This document shows, one piece after another, positions 1-9,515 of a DNA stretch of 64,000 nucleotides; position 1 is the stretch's first letter; the number at the start of each line of letters is the position of its first letter. The stretch is from Candidatus Niyogibacteria bacterium (GTDB taxonomy: Bacteria > Patescibacteriota > Minisyncoccia > HO2-45-28): NCBI GenBank assembly GCA_016181935.1, contig JACOYI010000003.1, forward strand, positions 35,741-99,740, written 5' to 3'. The notes below the pieces were generated by a model that made no database searches, had not been told where the DNA came from, and worked only from the letters and a program-made list of their open reading frames with translations. The position numbers were made by a program, and so were the translations under genes.

Positions 1-1721
1 TAAGCGAAACAATAAAATTCATTGAGGTTTTTACGACGCGGCCCGATACGCTTTTTGGCGCGACGTACATTGCGATATCGCCGGAGCTTGCGAAATCATG
101 GCTCGATAGCGGATGGCAGGCGCCGGCCGACGTCGGCGCATTCATCGGGGAGTGCCTGAAAGCGCGCGAAGTTCCCCAGACGGACGAGGAACCCTCCTTC
201 GCTGAAGCTACGGCGGGCAAGGAGAAAACCGGCATTTTCACCGGCGTCTACGCCCTCAATCCCGCGAACCAAGAAAAAATTCCGGTCTGGGTCGCGAATT
301 ACGTGCTCGCGGGGTATGGCACCGGCGCCATCATGGCGGTGCCGGCGCACGACCGGCGTGATTTCGAATTCGCGAAAAAATACGGCCTGCCGATAAAAAT
401 CGTCATCTGTCCGCATTATCCCGAAAAAACCTGTCCGATGCTGGATGCGGCCTATGAAGGCGAGGGACATCTGGTGGGGTCGGGCGAATTCGACGGGGTG
501 CCGTCCGAGGAAGCGAAACGAAAAATTGCGGAGAAGATCGGCGCGACAATCAAAGTGAATTATCACCTGCGCGATTGGCTCATCAGCCGCCAGCGCTATT
601 GGGGGCCGCCGATTCCAATGATTTTTTGCGGTCCGCCAGTTGGCGGATGCGGCTGGCAACCGGTGCCGGAAGAGGATCTGCCGGTGCTCTTGCCCGACGT
701 AAAGGATTTCCATCCCACGGGAACCGATCAATCGCCGCTCGCGACCGTCGAGTCATTCGTAAAGACGAAATGCCCGAAGTGCGGGGGTGAGGCGCGTAGA
801 GAAACCGATGTGTCCGATACGTTTTTGGATTCGGCGTGGTATTTTTTCCGGTATCCGGATGTCAAAAACAAAAAAGAACCCTTCGGCAAGCTCGGGGCAA
901 AAACATGGCTACCCGTGGATATGTACATCGGCGGCGCGGAGCACGCGGTTCTGCATCTTCTCTACACGCGATTTATTACGAAAGTGTTCCATGACTGGGG
1001 GCTTGTTGATTTTGACGAACCCTTCAAAAAATTCCGCGCGCACGGATTGCTTATCAAGGACGGCGCCAAAATGTCGAAGTCGAAGGGGAACGTCGTGAAT
1101 CCGGATGACTATATCAAAAAATATGGCGCCGATGTGTTCCGGATGTATCTCATGTTTTTGGGCCCCTTTGAACAAGGCGGCGATTTTCGGGATGAGGGAA
1201 TTGCGGGGATTGCGCGATTTTTGGAGCGGGTGAAAAAACTCGCCAAAAAAGAATGGGGTGCCTCGGCGGACGAAACGATACTGCACCGGTCGGTCAAAAA
1301 GATCTCGGATGACATCGAGGGGCTGCATTACAATACGGCGATCGCTCAACTGATGATGTTGCTTTCCGCGTTGGAAAAGATGGAATGCGATAGAGCTAGT
1401 GTCAAGGTGTTTTTAAAACTCCTTGCGCCTTTCGCGCCCTTCATCGCAGAAGGGTTATGGCATAAGCTCGGCGAAAAAGAAAGCGTCCATCGTGCAGAAT
1501 GGCCAACATACGATGAATCAAAAACGCGGAGCGCGACCGCGACCATTGTTGTTCAAATCAACGGCAAGGTTCGCGACCGGTTTGAAGCAGAGACCGGAAC
1601 AGGGGACGTGGAATTAAAAGCGAAAGCGCTTGAACTTCCCAAGATCAAAAAACTCATCGGCGGCAAAGCGCCGGCGAATATCATCGTCATCAAAGACCGT
1701 CTCGTGAATATCGTTTTGTGA
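1..1721 (+). CDS. leuS: leucyl-tRNA synthetase, C-terminal ~570 aa (5' end lies outside the window)
   Basis: Frame 3 is open from the window start. The upstream translation contains TTRPDTLFGATY and the ORF has AVPAHDRRDFEFAKKYGLPI and the KMSKSKGN motif, which are class Ia LeuRS hallmarks. Confidence 0.9.
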   Translation, partial: SETIKFIEVFTTRPDTLFGATYIAISPELAKSWLDSGWQAPADVGAFIGECLKAREVPQTDEEPSFAEATAGKEKTGIFTGVYALNPANQEKIPVWVANYVLAGYGTGAIMAVPAHDRRDFEFAKKYGLPIKIVICPHYPEKTCPMLDAAYEGEGHLVGSGEFDGVPSEEAKRKIAEKIGATIKVNYHLRDWLISRQRYWGPPIPMIFCGPPVGGCGWQPVPEEDLPVLLPDVKDFHPTGTDQSPLATVESFVKTKCPKCGGEARRETDVSDTFLDSAWYFFRYPDVKNKKEPFGKLGAKTWLPVDMYIGGAEHAVLHLLYTRFITKVFHDWGLVDFDEPFKKFRAHGLLIKDGAKMSKSKGNVVNPDDYIKKYGADVFRMYLMFLGPFEQGGDFRDEGIAGIARFLERVKKLAKKEWGASADETILHRSVKKISDDIEGLHYNTAIAQLMMLLSALEKMECDRASVKVFLKLLAPFAPFIAEGLWHKLGEKESVHRAEWPTYDESKTRSATATIVVQINGKVRDRFEAETGTGDVELKAKALELPKIKKLIGGKAPANIIVIKDRLVNIVL

Positions 1722-1746
1722 TTGCGCCGGCGCGACTTACGCGCTA

Positions 1747-2415
1747 GTGTGGAGAAAGATTTTTGACAAAGGAGGCGCCCCCATGGCTTTACTCCGGCAA
1801 CTTCCCAACGCAATAACGCTTACCCGTCTCATCGGCGGGCCGGCGCTTGCGTATGTTTTTGCGAATGGAAGCGAGCGGCCGACCGCTTTTTTCACCGTAA
1901 TTTTCGTGTGGTTTTTCTGCCTCGTGGCGACGGATTGGCTGGACGGATTTCTTGCCCACTTGCTCGGAGCCCAAAGCCGGTTCGGCGCGATTCTCGATCC
2001 GCTTGCGGACAAGGCGCTGGCGTGGTCATTCCTCGGATTTTTCTTCTTCGGGACCCGCGTGTTCAACGCGTGGATGTTCGTGCCGCTCGGGATTCTCGCG
2101 ATTTTCGATCTGTATTCCACGATCCGCCGCTTCATTCAGCGCAAAGCCCCGGAAACGCATTTGCGCGCAAACTGGTTCGGAAAATGGAAGGCGGTGATGT
2201 CCTATCTCTCCATCGCCTGCCTGCTTTCGGCCACGATCGCCGTCTCGTTCCTGTATGAATTCTGGGACAGCGCTTCCGATGAAATGCTCATGGGCGCCGT
2301 GTTTGTTTCAAAGTTCAGTATGATGATGGCGCAGATTTCCATTGCCGCCGCCGCCCTGTTCGCCTTTTTTTCCACCCTTCTCGAAGGACTCCGCCGCGTT
2401 CCGGCCCAACACTAG
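1747..2415 (+). CDS. CDP-alcohol phosphatidyltransferase family protein (PgsA-like)
   Basis: NAITLTRL...GP followed by DWLDGFLAH...G...ILDPLADK matches the D-x2-DG-x2-AR...G-x3-D-x3-D motif. The protein has multiple TM segments. Confidence 0.7.
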   Translation: MWRKIFDKGGAPMALLRQLPNAITLTRLIGGPALAYVFANGSERPTAFFTVIFVWFFCLVATDWLDGFLAHLLGAQSRFGAILDPLADKALAWSFLGFFFFGTRVFNAWMFVPLGILAIFDLYSTIRRFIQRKAPETHLRANWFGKWKAVMSYLSIACLLSATIAVSFLYEFWDSASDEMLMGAVFVSKFSMMMAQISIAAAALFAFFSTLLEGLRRVPAQH

Positions 2416-2451
2416 AAAGTGTTGGGTTTTTTGTTTATCCTCTGTCTATAT

Positions 2452-4308
2452 ATGTGCGGCATCGTGGGTTATATCGGCCGTCGGAACGCGGTCGAAATCG
2501 CGCTCAAAGGCCTGAAGCTCTTGGAATACCGCGGCTATGATTCTGCGGGCATCGCGTCTTGCGACGCGCGGGGCGTTGTGTTTCTCGAAAAATCACCGGG
2601 CAAGATCGCGTCCTTGGAACGCAAATTGAAGCATATCCCGCCCTCGATCCTGGCCATCGCGCACACGCGGTGGGCGACGCACGGAGAGCCGAATTTCGAA
2701 AATGCGCATCCGCATGCGGATTGCAAAAACGAAATTTTCATCGCGCATAACGGCATCATCGAAAATCACGAAACAATCCGCGCCGCCCTCACACAGGAGG
2801 GGCACCTGTTCCGCTCGCGGACCGATTCCGAGGTTGTTGCGCATTTGATCGAGCGCGAACGTGCGGGCGCTTCGACGCTCGAGGAAGCGGTCATGCGCGC
2901 GCTCGCGCATGTGGAGGGAACGTTCGGGCTCGCGGTGCTCTCGGCGCGGGAACCCAGAAAACTCATCGGCGCGCGCCGCGGCTCGCCGCTTCTGGTCGGT
3001 CTCGGAAAAAAGGAATATTTGCTCGCATCGGATGCGGCGGCCATCGTCGGCCGGACGCGCCGCGTGATCTATCTCGATGACAACGAAATGGCGGTATTCA
3101 CCCCGTCATCGAAAAAGATCCTCGCGATCTCGCAGTCCGCATCCGCCGCGCACAGGGAGGTCGAGAAAACCGTGCGCACCATCGACTGGACCGTGGAGGA
3201 TTCCCAGAAAGGCGGGTTCGGCTCTTTCATGGAAAAGGAGATCTTCGAGGCGCCGTTCGTCATCGAAAACGCCCTGCGGGGGCATGTGCTGGCAAAGGCG
3301 GGCGAGGTGAAATTCGGCGGACTCGATATGATGCGCGATCGTCTTTCGCAGATCAACCGCGTCATATTCGTCGGTTGCGGAACCTCGCATTATGCGAGCT
3401 TGGTGGGAAAATATTTTTTTGAAAAATTCGCGCGCCTGCCGGCCGAGTCGGTGCTGGCGTCCGAATTCCGGTATCAGCCGCCGGTCATGGATTCGAAGAC
3501 CGCCGTATTCGCCATTTCGCAATCGGGCGAGACCGCCGATACGCTCGAAGCCGTCCGTGAGGCAAAGCGCAGGGGCGCGCTGACGCTCGGCATCGTCAAT
3601 GTCGTCGGGTCGTCCATCGCGCGGGAGGTGCAAGCCGGTGTTTATAATCATGCAGGCCCCGAGATCGCCGTTGCGTCCACCAAGGCGTTCATTTCGCAGT
3701 TATGCGTATTGGCGCTATCGGCGATCTATTTCGGGCGGCTTCGCAAGACGCTTCCCGCATCGGAAGCATCGGGCATTCTCTCGGAGCTTTTGAGTTATCC
3801 GGCCCGTGCACGCCGTCTCTTAACGGATGCGCGGTCAAGCGTGGAGCAGGCGGCCGAAGCGTATCATACGGCGGAGCATTTTTTCTATTTGGGCCGGCGC
3901 TTTAACTGGCCGGTCGCGCTCGAAGGGGCGCTTAAACTGAAGGAAATTTCCTACATTCATGCGGAGGGATACGCGGCGGGGGAAATGAAGCACGGCCCGC
4001 TGGCATTGGTGAATGCCGGATTCCCCGCGTTCGTCGTCATCCCGCACGACAGCGTGTACGAAAAGACGGTCTCCAATATCCACGAATTGAAAGCGCGGGG
4101 CGCCAAGATCATTGCGTTGGCAACCGAAGGGGATGATGGAATCGCGAAACTCGCCGACCATGTGATTCCGTTACCGGCGCTCCGCGAGGAATTGTCGCCC
4201 ATTCTGTCGGTGATCCCGCTTCAGCTCTTCGCGCATCAGGCGGCGGTTTTACGGGGGCGCGACGTGGACCGGCCGCGCAACCTCGCCAAAAGCGTGACGG
4301 TGGAATAA
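2452..4308 (+). CDS. glmS: glutamine--fructose-6-phosphate aminotransferase
   Basis: Starts MCGIVGYIG with the Ntn Cys, has two SIS domains and ends ...VTVE. The ORF-track start at 2419 is probably an N-terminal over-extension. Confidence 0.9.
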   Translation: MCGIVGYIGRRNAVEIALKGLKLLEYRGYDSAGIASCDARGVVFLEKSPGKIASLERKLKHIPPSILAIAHTRWATHGEPNFENAHPHADCKNEIFIAHNGIIENHETIRAALTQEGHLFRSRTDSEVVAHLIERERAGASTLEEAVMRALAHVEGTFGLAVLSAREPRKLIGARRGSPLLVGLGKKEYLLASDAAAIVGRTRRVIYLDDNEMAVFTPSSKKILAISQSASAAHREVEKTVRTIDWTVEDSQKGGFGSFMEKEIFEAPFVIENALRGHVLAKAGEVKFGGLDMMRDRLSQINRVIFVGCGTSHYASLVGKYFFEKFARLPAESVLASEFRYQPPVMDSKTAVFAISQSGETADTLEAVREAKRRGALTLGIVNVVGSSIAREVQAGVYNHAGPEIAVASTKAFISQLCVLALSAIYFGRLRKTLPASEASGILSELLSYPARARRLLTDARSSVEQAAEAYHTAEHFFYLGRRFNWPVALEGALKLKEISYIHAEGYAAGEMKHGPLALVNAGFPAFVVIPHDSVYEKTVSNIHELKARGAKIIALATEGDDGIAKLADHVIPLPALREELSPILSVIPLQLFAHQAAVLRGRDVDRPRNLAKSVTVE

Positions 4309-4320
4309 TGCTTGAAGTAA

Positions 4321-4348
4321 AAAACCCGCCGTGGCGGGTCAATTTTTG
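4321..4348. terminator. rho-independent terminator (bidirectional hairpin ACCCGCC-GTG-GGCGGGT flanked by A and T runs)
   Basis: Perfect 7-bp GC stem after the glmS stop, followed by CAATTTTT. An A-run precedes it, so it can also serve the minus-strand small ORF. Confidence 0.7.
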
Positions 4349-4584
4349 GGAAACAAACTTCGGAACGCGTTGCGGAGAAGATACAGACCGGCACAAAGCT
4401 GGATGAAGGTGAGTGCGTAGGCGACCTTAAAGAAAGAAGACGAGACGCCAACCCAGAAACTCGCATTGTGAGCTTGTTGTATCGAGCTAAAATTCTGAGC
4501 GGAACTGAAAAAAGCGGCGCCCGCAAACAGGAGAAAAACAACAAAGAAGAAAACACGTTTGAGCATCTGCATCGCGAGCTGCAT
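4339..4584 (-). CDS. small hydrophobic membrane protein (~81 aa), hypothetical
   Basis: Internal start MQLAMQMLKRVFFFVVFLLFAGAAFF... is preceded by GGAGG 5 nt upstream. The longer ORF-track version overlaps the glyA start and is less likely. Confidence 0.4.
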   Translation of the reverse strand: MQLAMQMLKRVFFFVVFLLFAGAAFFSSAQNFSSIQQAHNASFWVGVSSSFFKVAYALTFIQLCAGLYLLRNAFRSLFPKN

Positions 4585-4669
4585 CAGCACCTCCCGTGGT
4601 TGAATGAGTCCGGGTTCATTAAACCATTTTTTGTTGAAAATACAAGCGGTATCGGGTATCGTGAGAGCC

Positions 4670-5890
4670 ATGAATGAGAAGGTGGTTCTAAAGTTAATAC
4701 GCGCCGAAGAGCGGCGGCAGGCCGGCGTCATCAATCTGATCGCGTCGGAGAATTACGTGTCGCGCGCGGTCCGCGCGGCGTCGGGTTCCATATTCACGAA
4801 CAAATATTCGGAGGGATACCCGGGAAAACGATATTACGCAGGCAACGAGATCGTGGATGAAGTCGAGCGGCTGGCGCAGGAACGCGCGCTCAAGCTTTTT
4901 GGCTTGAATCCCAAAAAATGGGGCGTGAATGTGCAGGCGCTTTCCGGCGTTCCCGCGAATGTTTTTGTGTACTCGGCGCTGGTCAAAAACGGCGACCTGA
5001 TGGCGGCGCAGGCGCTCGATCAGGGCGGCCATTTGTCGCATGGCTCTCCCGTAAGTTTAACCTCGCGATTCTGGAAATGGGTCCACTACGGGGTTTCGAA
5101 AGAAACCGAAACGCTGGATTATGACGGCATTACCGCTTTGCTCGAAAAAGAATTCCCCAAGCTGATCGTCGCGGGATTTTCGTCGTATCCGCGCCGCCTC
5201 GATTTCAAGCGGTTCCGGACGATCGCGGACGCGTGCGGCGCGTATCTGATGGCGGATATCGCGCATGTGGCGGGATTGGTCGCGGCCCGTGCCTATCCTT
5301 CGCCGTTTCCGTATGCGGATGTCGTGACCATGACCACGCATAAAACCCTGCGCGGGCCGAGAGGCGCGCTCATTTTTTTCAAAAAAGAATTGGAGGAAAA
5401 GATCAACAAAGCGGTTTTTCCCGGCGGGCAGGGCGGGCCGCATAACCACCAAACCGCCGCGATCGCGGTCGCGCTTGCGGAGGCAAAGAGTCCGGCGTTC
5501 AAAAAATACGCGCGCCAAACTGTCGCGAATGCACGCGTGCTTGCGCAGGAATTGCAAAAGAAGAGATGGCGCATCGTATCGGGCGGAACGGATAACCATT
5601 TGATGCTGGTGGATGTCTCCCGCGAAGGGCTTTCCGGCAAGGATGCAGAAAAATTGCTGGAGAGCGCGGGTATTATCGTGAACCGGAATGCGATCCCATT
5701 CGATGCGCGTCCTCCGTATAATCCTTCGGGCATCCGCATCGGGACGCCGGCAGTGACCACGCGGGGCATGAAAGGGGGCGATATGAAAAGGATCGCCGAA
5801 TGGCTCGATGGCGTCTTGCGCCGCGCATTAGAACCCGCCGTCGTGAAAGCGGAGATTCGCCGTTTTATCAAAAAATTCCCTCTGCCATGA
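4670..5890 (+). CDS. glyA: serine hydroxymethyltransferase
   Basis: MNEKVV..., LIASENY, the PLP-lysine region TTHKTLRGPRG, and SHMT family length. Confidence 0.9.
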   Translation: MNEKVVLKLIRAEERRQAGVINLIASENYVSRAVRAASGSIFTNKYSEGYPGKRYYAGNEIVDEVERLAQERALKLFGLNPKKWGVNVQALSGVPANVFVYSALVKNGDLMAAQALDQGGHLSHGSPVSLTSRFWKWVHYGVSKETETLDYDGITALLEKEFPKLIVAGFSSYPRRLDFKRFRTIADACGAYLMADIAHVAGLVAARAYPSPFPYADVVTMTTHKTLRGPRGALIFFKKELEEKINKAVFPGGQGGPHNHQTAAIAVALAEAKSPAFKKYARQTVANARVLAQELQKKRWRIVSGGTDNHLMLVDVSREGLSGKDAEKLLESAGIIVNRNAIPFDARPPYNPSGIRIGTPAVTTRGMKGGDMKRIAEWLDGVLRRALEPAVVKAEIRRFIKKFPLP

Positions 5891-6741
5891 TCGTGGGCGG
5901 AAAGGCGATCGCGGAGGAAATTCGCTTTGAACTAAAAAACGAGATTCAGGCGCGAGAACACGCTCCGCGGCTGGATATTATTTTGGCGGGTGATGATCCG
6001 GCATCGGCCGCGTATGTGAAGCGCAAACAGGTATTTGGCAAATCCATCGGCGCAGAAGTCGTGGTCCACGAAACGTCGGAAGATGCTTATCCCGATTCAA
6101 TCGCGCTTATTGCATTCATAAAGGATATCGTTCAAAATCCCGCAACGGATGGGATCATCGTTCAACTTCCGTTGCCGGAATCACTGCGTACGCATACGCG
6201 GTCTGTTTTGGACGCAGTGCCGCCGGAAAAAGATGTTGATTGTCTTTCGTCGGGAGCACTCGAACGGTTTGCGTCGAGGGAGAGCGACATACGGCCGCCA
6301 TCGGTCGGCGTTGTGGATGAAATTTTCCGACGCCATTCCGTCGATATTCGAGGGAAAAAGATCGCGCTGGTCGGCGCTACGGGCGGGCTGGTGGGAAGGC
6401 CGCTTGCGCTCTGGTTTTCGTCGCGCGGCATTCCGTTTTCGGCGGTCAATACAAAAACGCCGCCCGTCCAAATGCGCGAAATTTTGAAAAACGCCGATAT
6501 CGTCATTTCGGGCGTCGGGAAAGCGGGTCTTATAACCGCGGACATGGTGAAGGCGGGCGTCATTGCGATCGATGCGGGGACATCGAGTTCGTTTGGCACA
6601 CTTCGTGGCGATATGGACCCCGCGATCGCTTTGAAAGCCGAATTATTCACGCCCGTACCGGGCGGTGTCGGTCCAATCACAGTCGCGATGCTTTTTCGGA
6701 ATCTGCTTGCGCTTGCAAATAAATCCAAGGGTAGTCCTTAG
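5887..6741 (+). CDS. folD: bifunctional methylenetetrahydrofolate dehydrogenase/cyclohydrolase
   Basis: MIVGGKAIAEEI..., YVKRKQ, GVGPIT. It overlaps the glyA stop by 4 nt (translational coupling). Confidence 0.85.
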   Translation: MIVGGKAIAEEIRFELKNEIQAREHAPRLDIILAGDDPASAAYVKRKQVFGKSIGAEVVVHETSEDAYPDSIALIAFIKDIVQNPATDGIIVQLPLPESLRTHTRSVLDAVPPEKDVDCLSSGALERFASRESDIRPPSVGVVDEIFRRHSVDIRGKKIALVGATGGLVGRPLALWFSSRGIPFSAVNTKTPPVQMREILKNADIVISGVGKAGLITADMVKAGVIAIDAGTSSSFGTLRGDMDPAIALKAELFTPVPGGVGPITVAMLFRNLLALANKSKGSP

Positions 6742-6764
6742 GAATCAGACAAGGACTACCCTTA
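6726..6764. repeat. REP-like palindromic element, copy 1 (CCAAGGGTAGTCC-loop-GGACTACCCTT)
   Basis: 11-bp inverted arms around a 14-nt loop. The element overlaps the folD stop. Related copies lie at 22835, 48791 and 57751. Confidence 0.8.
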
Positions 6765-6804
6765 AAAAAAGAATGGCCCGCCTGAAAGGCGAGGCCGTTT
6801 CTGA

Positions 6805-7551
6805 CTAAAAACTCCAATCTGTCGCGCCAACAGGGATACTCGTTTCGCGGTTTTGCATTCTCTTGTTTTCGAGAAACTCCTTTCCATGCCCGACATCGGT
6901 GTTGATCGGAACGCCGTCTTTGCAGAGCGGGCATTGATCGGGTGGCCACGACGGGATTTCTTTGGTGATGAGCGAGCCGATGGGGATGCCGAGTTTGCCG
7001 GGTGTCACTCCGCCGCGATTCCAAATGGTGAGGGCGAGCACGACTTCCCCGCCAACTTTTTGGACAGAGCGTTTCACCTTTTCAAGCGAACCGCCTTTTG
7101 TCGAAACATCGTCCACCAGAAGGATGCGTTTTCCCCGCACGAATTCCTCATGGCACTCCGCGACCGCGAAATCGTCTTTTCCGACTTTGTCCGTCCACGC
7201 GCATCGGATCGGCGAATCATCCGGATCCTTTTTCGGGCTGGGAAATCGGAGCTGGGAAAGCCAATAGGCAACGCCTTTTGCGAGATCATTGCCGCCCCGC
7301 GCCGGTCCGACCACGGTATCAATGGGGGCAGAAGGATCGACGCAGAAGGCGAACAAGCGGCACATTCTCCAGAATCTTTCCGGATTGGCAAAAAGTTTGC
7401 GCGCATTCACGTATTCATCCGCATGGTCTTTGCTTCGGAGAACGAAATGCCCATGAATAAGGGATTTCGTCACGGTCAGCAAAATCAGGGCCGATTCGCC
7501 GAACGCCGGTTTAACCGTGAAGAGTTGGGACACGGGTTTCCTCCTTATCAA
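6805..7551 (-). CDS. type I phosphoribosyltransferase, orotate phosphoribosyltransferase-like
   Basis: GHFVLRSKDHADEYVN resembles the PyrE N-terminal motif. VVGPARGGNDLA and KRILLVDDVSTKGGS form the PRPP-binding loop. The C-terminus has an extension containing CPLC, and the true start may lie downstream of the listed one. Confidence 0.6.
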   Translation of the reverse strand: MIRRKPVSQLFTVKPAFGESALILLTVTKSLIHGHFVLRSKDHADEYVNARKLFANPERFWRMCRLFAFCVDPSAPIDTVVGPARGGNDLAKGVAYWLSQLRFPSPKKDPDDSPIRCAWTDKVGKDDFAVAECHEEFVRGKRILLVDDVSTKGGSLEKVKRSVQKVGGEVVLALTIWNRGGVTPGKLGIPIGSLITKEIPSWPPDQCPLCKDGVPINTDVGHGKEFLENKRMQNRETSIPVGATDWSF

Positions 7552-7568
7552 AATCCTTCGAAAAAATA

Positions 7569-8240
7569 TTACCGCGATTTGATCTCCCAGTCAAGATGCA
7601 TCCGTGGAAGCATCATGCGGGGATTCCATAGTTTTTTGAGTTTTGAGAGTTCGTCCGAAATCTGATATTTGCCGTCCCGCGAATAATCCGTGCCCGAGAT
7701 CGGCTCCACTTCGTAAAAAACCATTTGCGCGATGCGGCGGCCGACGACAAGCGGGATCGTGAAATGCTGGGAATTGTTCGTCACTTCCATGGTCCAGCGG
7801 TTGAAATAGCCGACGTCGCCCCAGCCCGCATCTTTGCAGACCTCGATGAAATTGCGGCCGAGAGATGAACGCGCGTACATTTTACACACGGCATTGTACC
7901 GCCCGCCAATGAATTCCTGCGTATGCGCGAGAATGGTTTCGCCTGGGCGCAAAAGGATGATTTTATCGGCCGGCTTGATATTTGCGAAATTCAAATTCAG
8001 GCGCTTGGCGGTAATGCCGACTTTATCGGCGCGAAACGGCCCGCCCCAGATACGGTTGGTGGATGCTTCATCGTAGATATTGTGGATCGTATGCGCGCCT
8101 TCGGGATGGTGTTCGCGCCAGAACCAGTCTCCCAACGAAACATCGTAGCTCGTGGTTTTGAGTTTCTTGGGGTCAAAGGGATCAATGATGATGGTCCCTT
8201 TTTTCTTGTGTCTTAATATCGCATCACGCGAAAGAAGCAT
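7569..8240 (-). CDS. dcd: dCTP deaminase
   Basis: MLLSRDAILRHKKKGTIIIDPFDPKKLKTTSYDVSLG is a Dcd/dUTPase-fold N-terminus. The upstream 43 codons of the ORF-track version were judged spurious. Confidence 0.85.
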   Translation of the reverse strand: MLLSRDAILRHKKKGTIIIDPFDPKKLKTTSYDVSLGDWFWREHHPEGAHTIHNIYDEASTNRIWGGPFRADKVGITAKRLNLNFANIKPADKIILLRPGETILAHTQEFIGGRYNAVCKMYARSSLGRNFIEVCKDAGWGDVGYFNRWTMEVTNNSQHFTIPLVVGRRIAQMVFYEVEPISGTDYSRDGKYQISDELSKLKKLWNPRMMLPRMHLDWEIKSR

Positions 8241-8260
8241 AGGGCTACTATACGGTGGAC

Positions 8261-8299
8261 AAAGAAAAATAAAAAGGGCAGCCGAACTTTTCGGCTGCC
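8261..8299 (-). terminator. rho-independent terminator (GGCAGCCGAA-CTT-TTCGGCTGCC followed by a U-run on the minus strand)
   Basis: Perfect 10-bp stem. The minus strand then reads CTTTTTATTTTTCTTT. It lies between the Cys-rich small ORF and the dcd start. Confidence 0.7.
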
Positions 8300-8323
8300 T
8301 CTCTAGAAATGCGCTCGCGGCGA

Positions 8324-8629
8324 CTAGCGAGCTCGCATGTTGTCGAAGTGATATCCGCAACAGCGGCAAACTGCGAGGACGCTATTTTTCACGAAATTCC
8401 TTGTCCTGCCGCACTTTGCGCATCGCTGCATTTGCACGATTTTGTATCGCGCCATCGGTTTTTTGCAACAAAAGACCAAATAGATCAGATGGGTCTTCTG
8501 TCCAAAAACCCCCATCATGGGTTCACGCCGCTCTTCGCCGACATTCTCCCATTTCGGGTCATGATAGAGACACATTCCGTGGGCGCATTGGATGTGCGCG
8601 GTTTTTTGGTTCGGATTGCTATGGTCCAT
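8324..8629 (-). CDS. Cys-rich small protein (~101 aa), hypothetical zinc-binding
   Basis: Start MDHSNPNQ... is preceded by GGAGG with a 7-nt spacer. The pairs CAHGMC, CAKC and CRCC suggest a zinc ribbon. No family could be assigned by eye. Confidence 0.45.
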   Translation of the reverse strand: MDHSNPNQKTAHIQCAHGMCLYHDPKWENVGEERREPMMGVFGQKTHLIYLVFCCKKPMARYKIVQMQRCAKCGRTRNFVKNSVLAVCRCCGYHFDNMRAR

Positions 8630-8738
8630 AGCAATACCTCCCTTGGGAAGGTTCACTTCGTGGCCACCCATTTTCTTGGGTGCCCCAGGCATCATAAAGC
8701 AAAGGTAAAAAAAATCAAGTGCCGCGGGCGGGGCTTGG

Positions 8739-9320
8739 TTAGGCCTTCCAATACTTTATTTCATCAACGAAACGGTGGACATTTTTAGAAAGGCGAATAG
8801 TGTGTTTTATCTTCTTATTTGATTGTTCTAGCTTTTGCATCGTTGGCGAATAGCCGATAGAGCGCATCATGGAAAATGCATCATGCGCCAAGGTTTCGCA
8901 TGTGTTCACAAAATTGATCATGGGATAGCCGCGATCATGGTATAGCGACCCATCGGTTTGTAATAATCCGCGCAAGCACTCTTTTGTATAGATGGCACGT
9001 TGTTTGATCCACGGCGGGACTGCGACATTCTGTTTGTCTTTCGGACCACCATCCCATCTCCATTCGAGAAGCTTGGGAAGATGGTTAGAGTAAACACTTA
9101 CATCTGCGCAAGATCGCTGATTGACGATATTCACGGAGTTATCCGGAAATAATCGCTGTAATGATTTGGCAATATGATGAAGTAGTTTTTTGTACCGTTT
9201 GTCGCAGGTTATGCGTAATCGCACAGCTCGTCCGTTGGGGTTGGAAAGATTGCCATCACCAAGAGCAAGACCTACAATATATGCTCTCAATTTTTTATCT
9301 CGGCTTACGAGTTTTTTCAC
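8739..9320 (-). CDS. LAGLIDADG homing endonuclease
   Basis: YIVGLALGDGNLS and GLLQTDGSLYHD are two LAGLIDADG motifs. The ORF-track N-terminus reads through tRNA-Leu, so the likely start is GTG at 9320, immediately 3' of the tRNA. Confidence 0.75.
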   Translation of the reverse strand: MKKLVSRDKKLRAYIVGLALGDGNLSNPNGRAVRLRITCDKRYKKLLHHIAKSLQRLFPDNSVNIVNQRSCADVSVYSNHLPKLLEWRWDGGPKDKQNVAVPPWIKQRAIYTKECLRGLLQTDGSLYHDRGYPMINFVNTCETLAHDAFSMMRSIGYSPTMQKLEQSNKKIKHTIRLSKNVHRFVDEIKYWKA

Positions 9321-9321
9321 G

Positions 9322-9404
9322 TGCCTAGGGGGAGAGTCGAACTCCCACGGGCTTTCGCCCAAAGGTTTTTGAGACCTTCGCGTATACCATTCCGCCACCT
9401 AGGC
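9322..9404 (-). tRNA. tRNA-Leu(CAA)
   Basis: Hand-folded cloverleaf: acceptor GCCTAGG/CCTAGGC, anticodon stem AAGGT/ACCTT with loop CTCAAAA, long variable arm TGGGCGAAAGCCCGT, T-loop TTCGACT. Confidence 0.85.
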
Positions 9405-9515
9405 AATTTTAGTATGAAAATTCCACCACTCCAGCATCGCCGTTATTGTATCGGAATATCGGAGTTTTATCCACCGTTTGTCAATTTGGTCGGGTCTGAT
9501 ACGCTGGATGTATCT

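Noticed and set aside
96-731. 211-aa minus-strand ORF
   Set aside because: Antisense to the well-supported leuS coding region, with an R/G/A-rich composition typical of spurious ORFs in GC-rich DNA.
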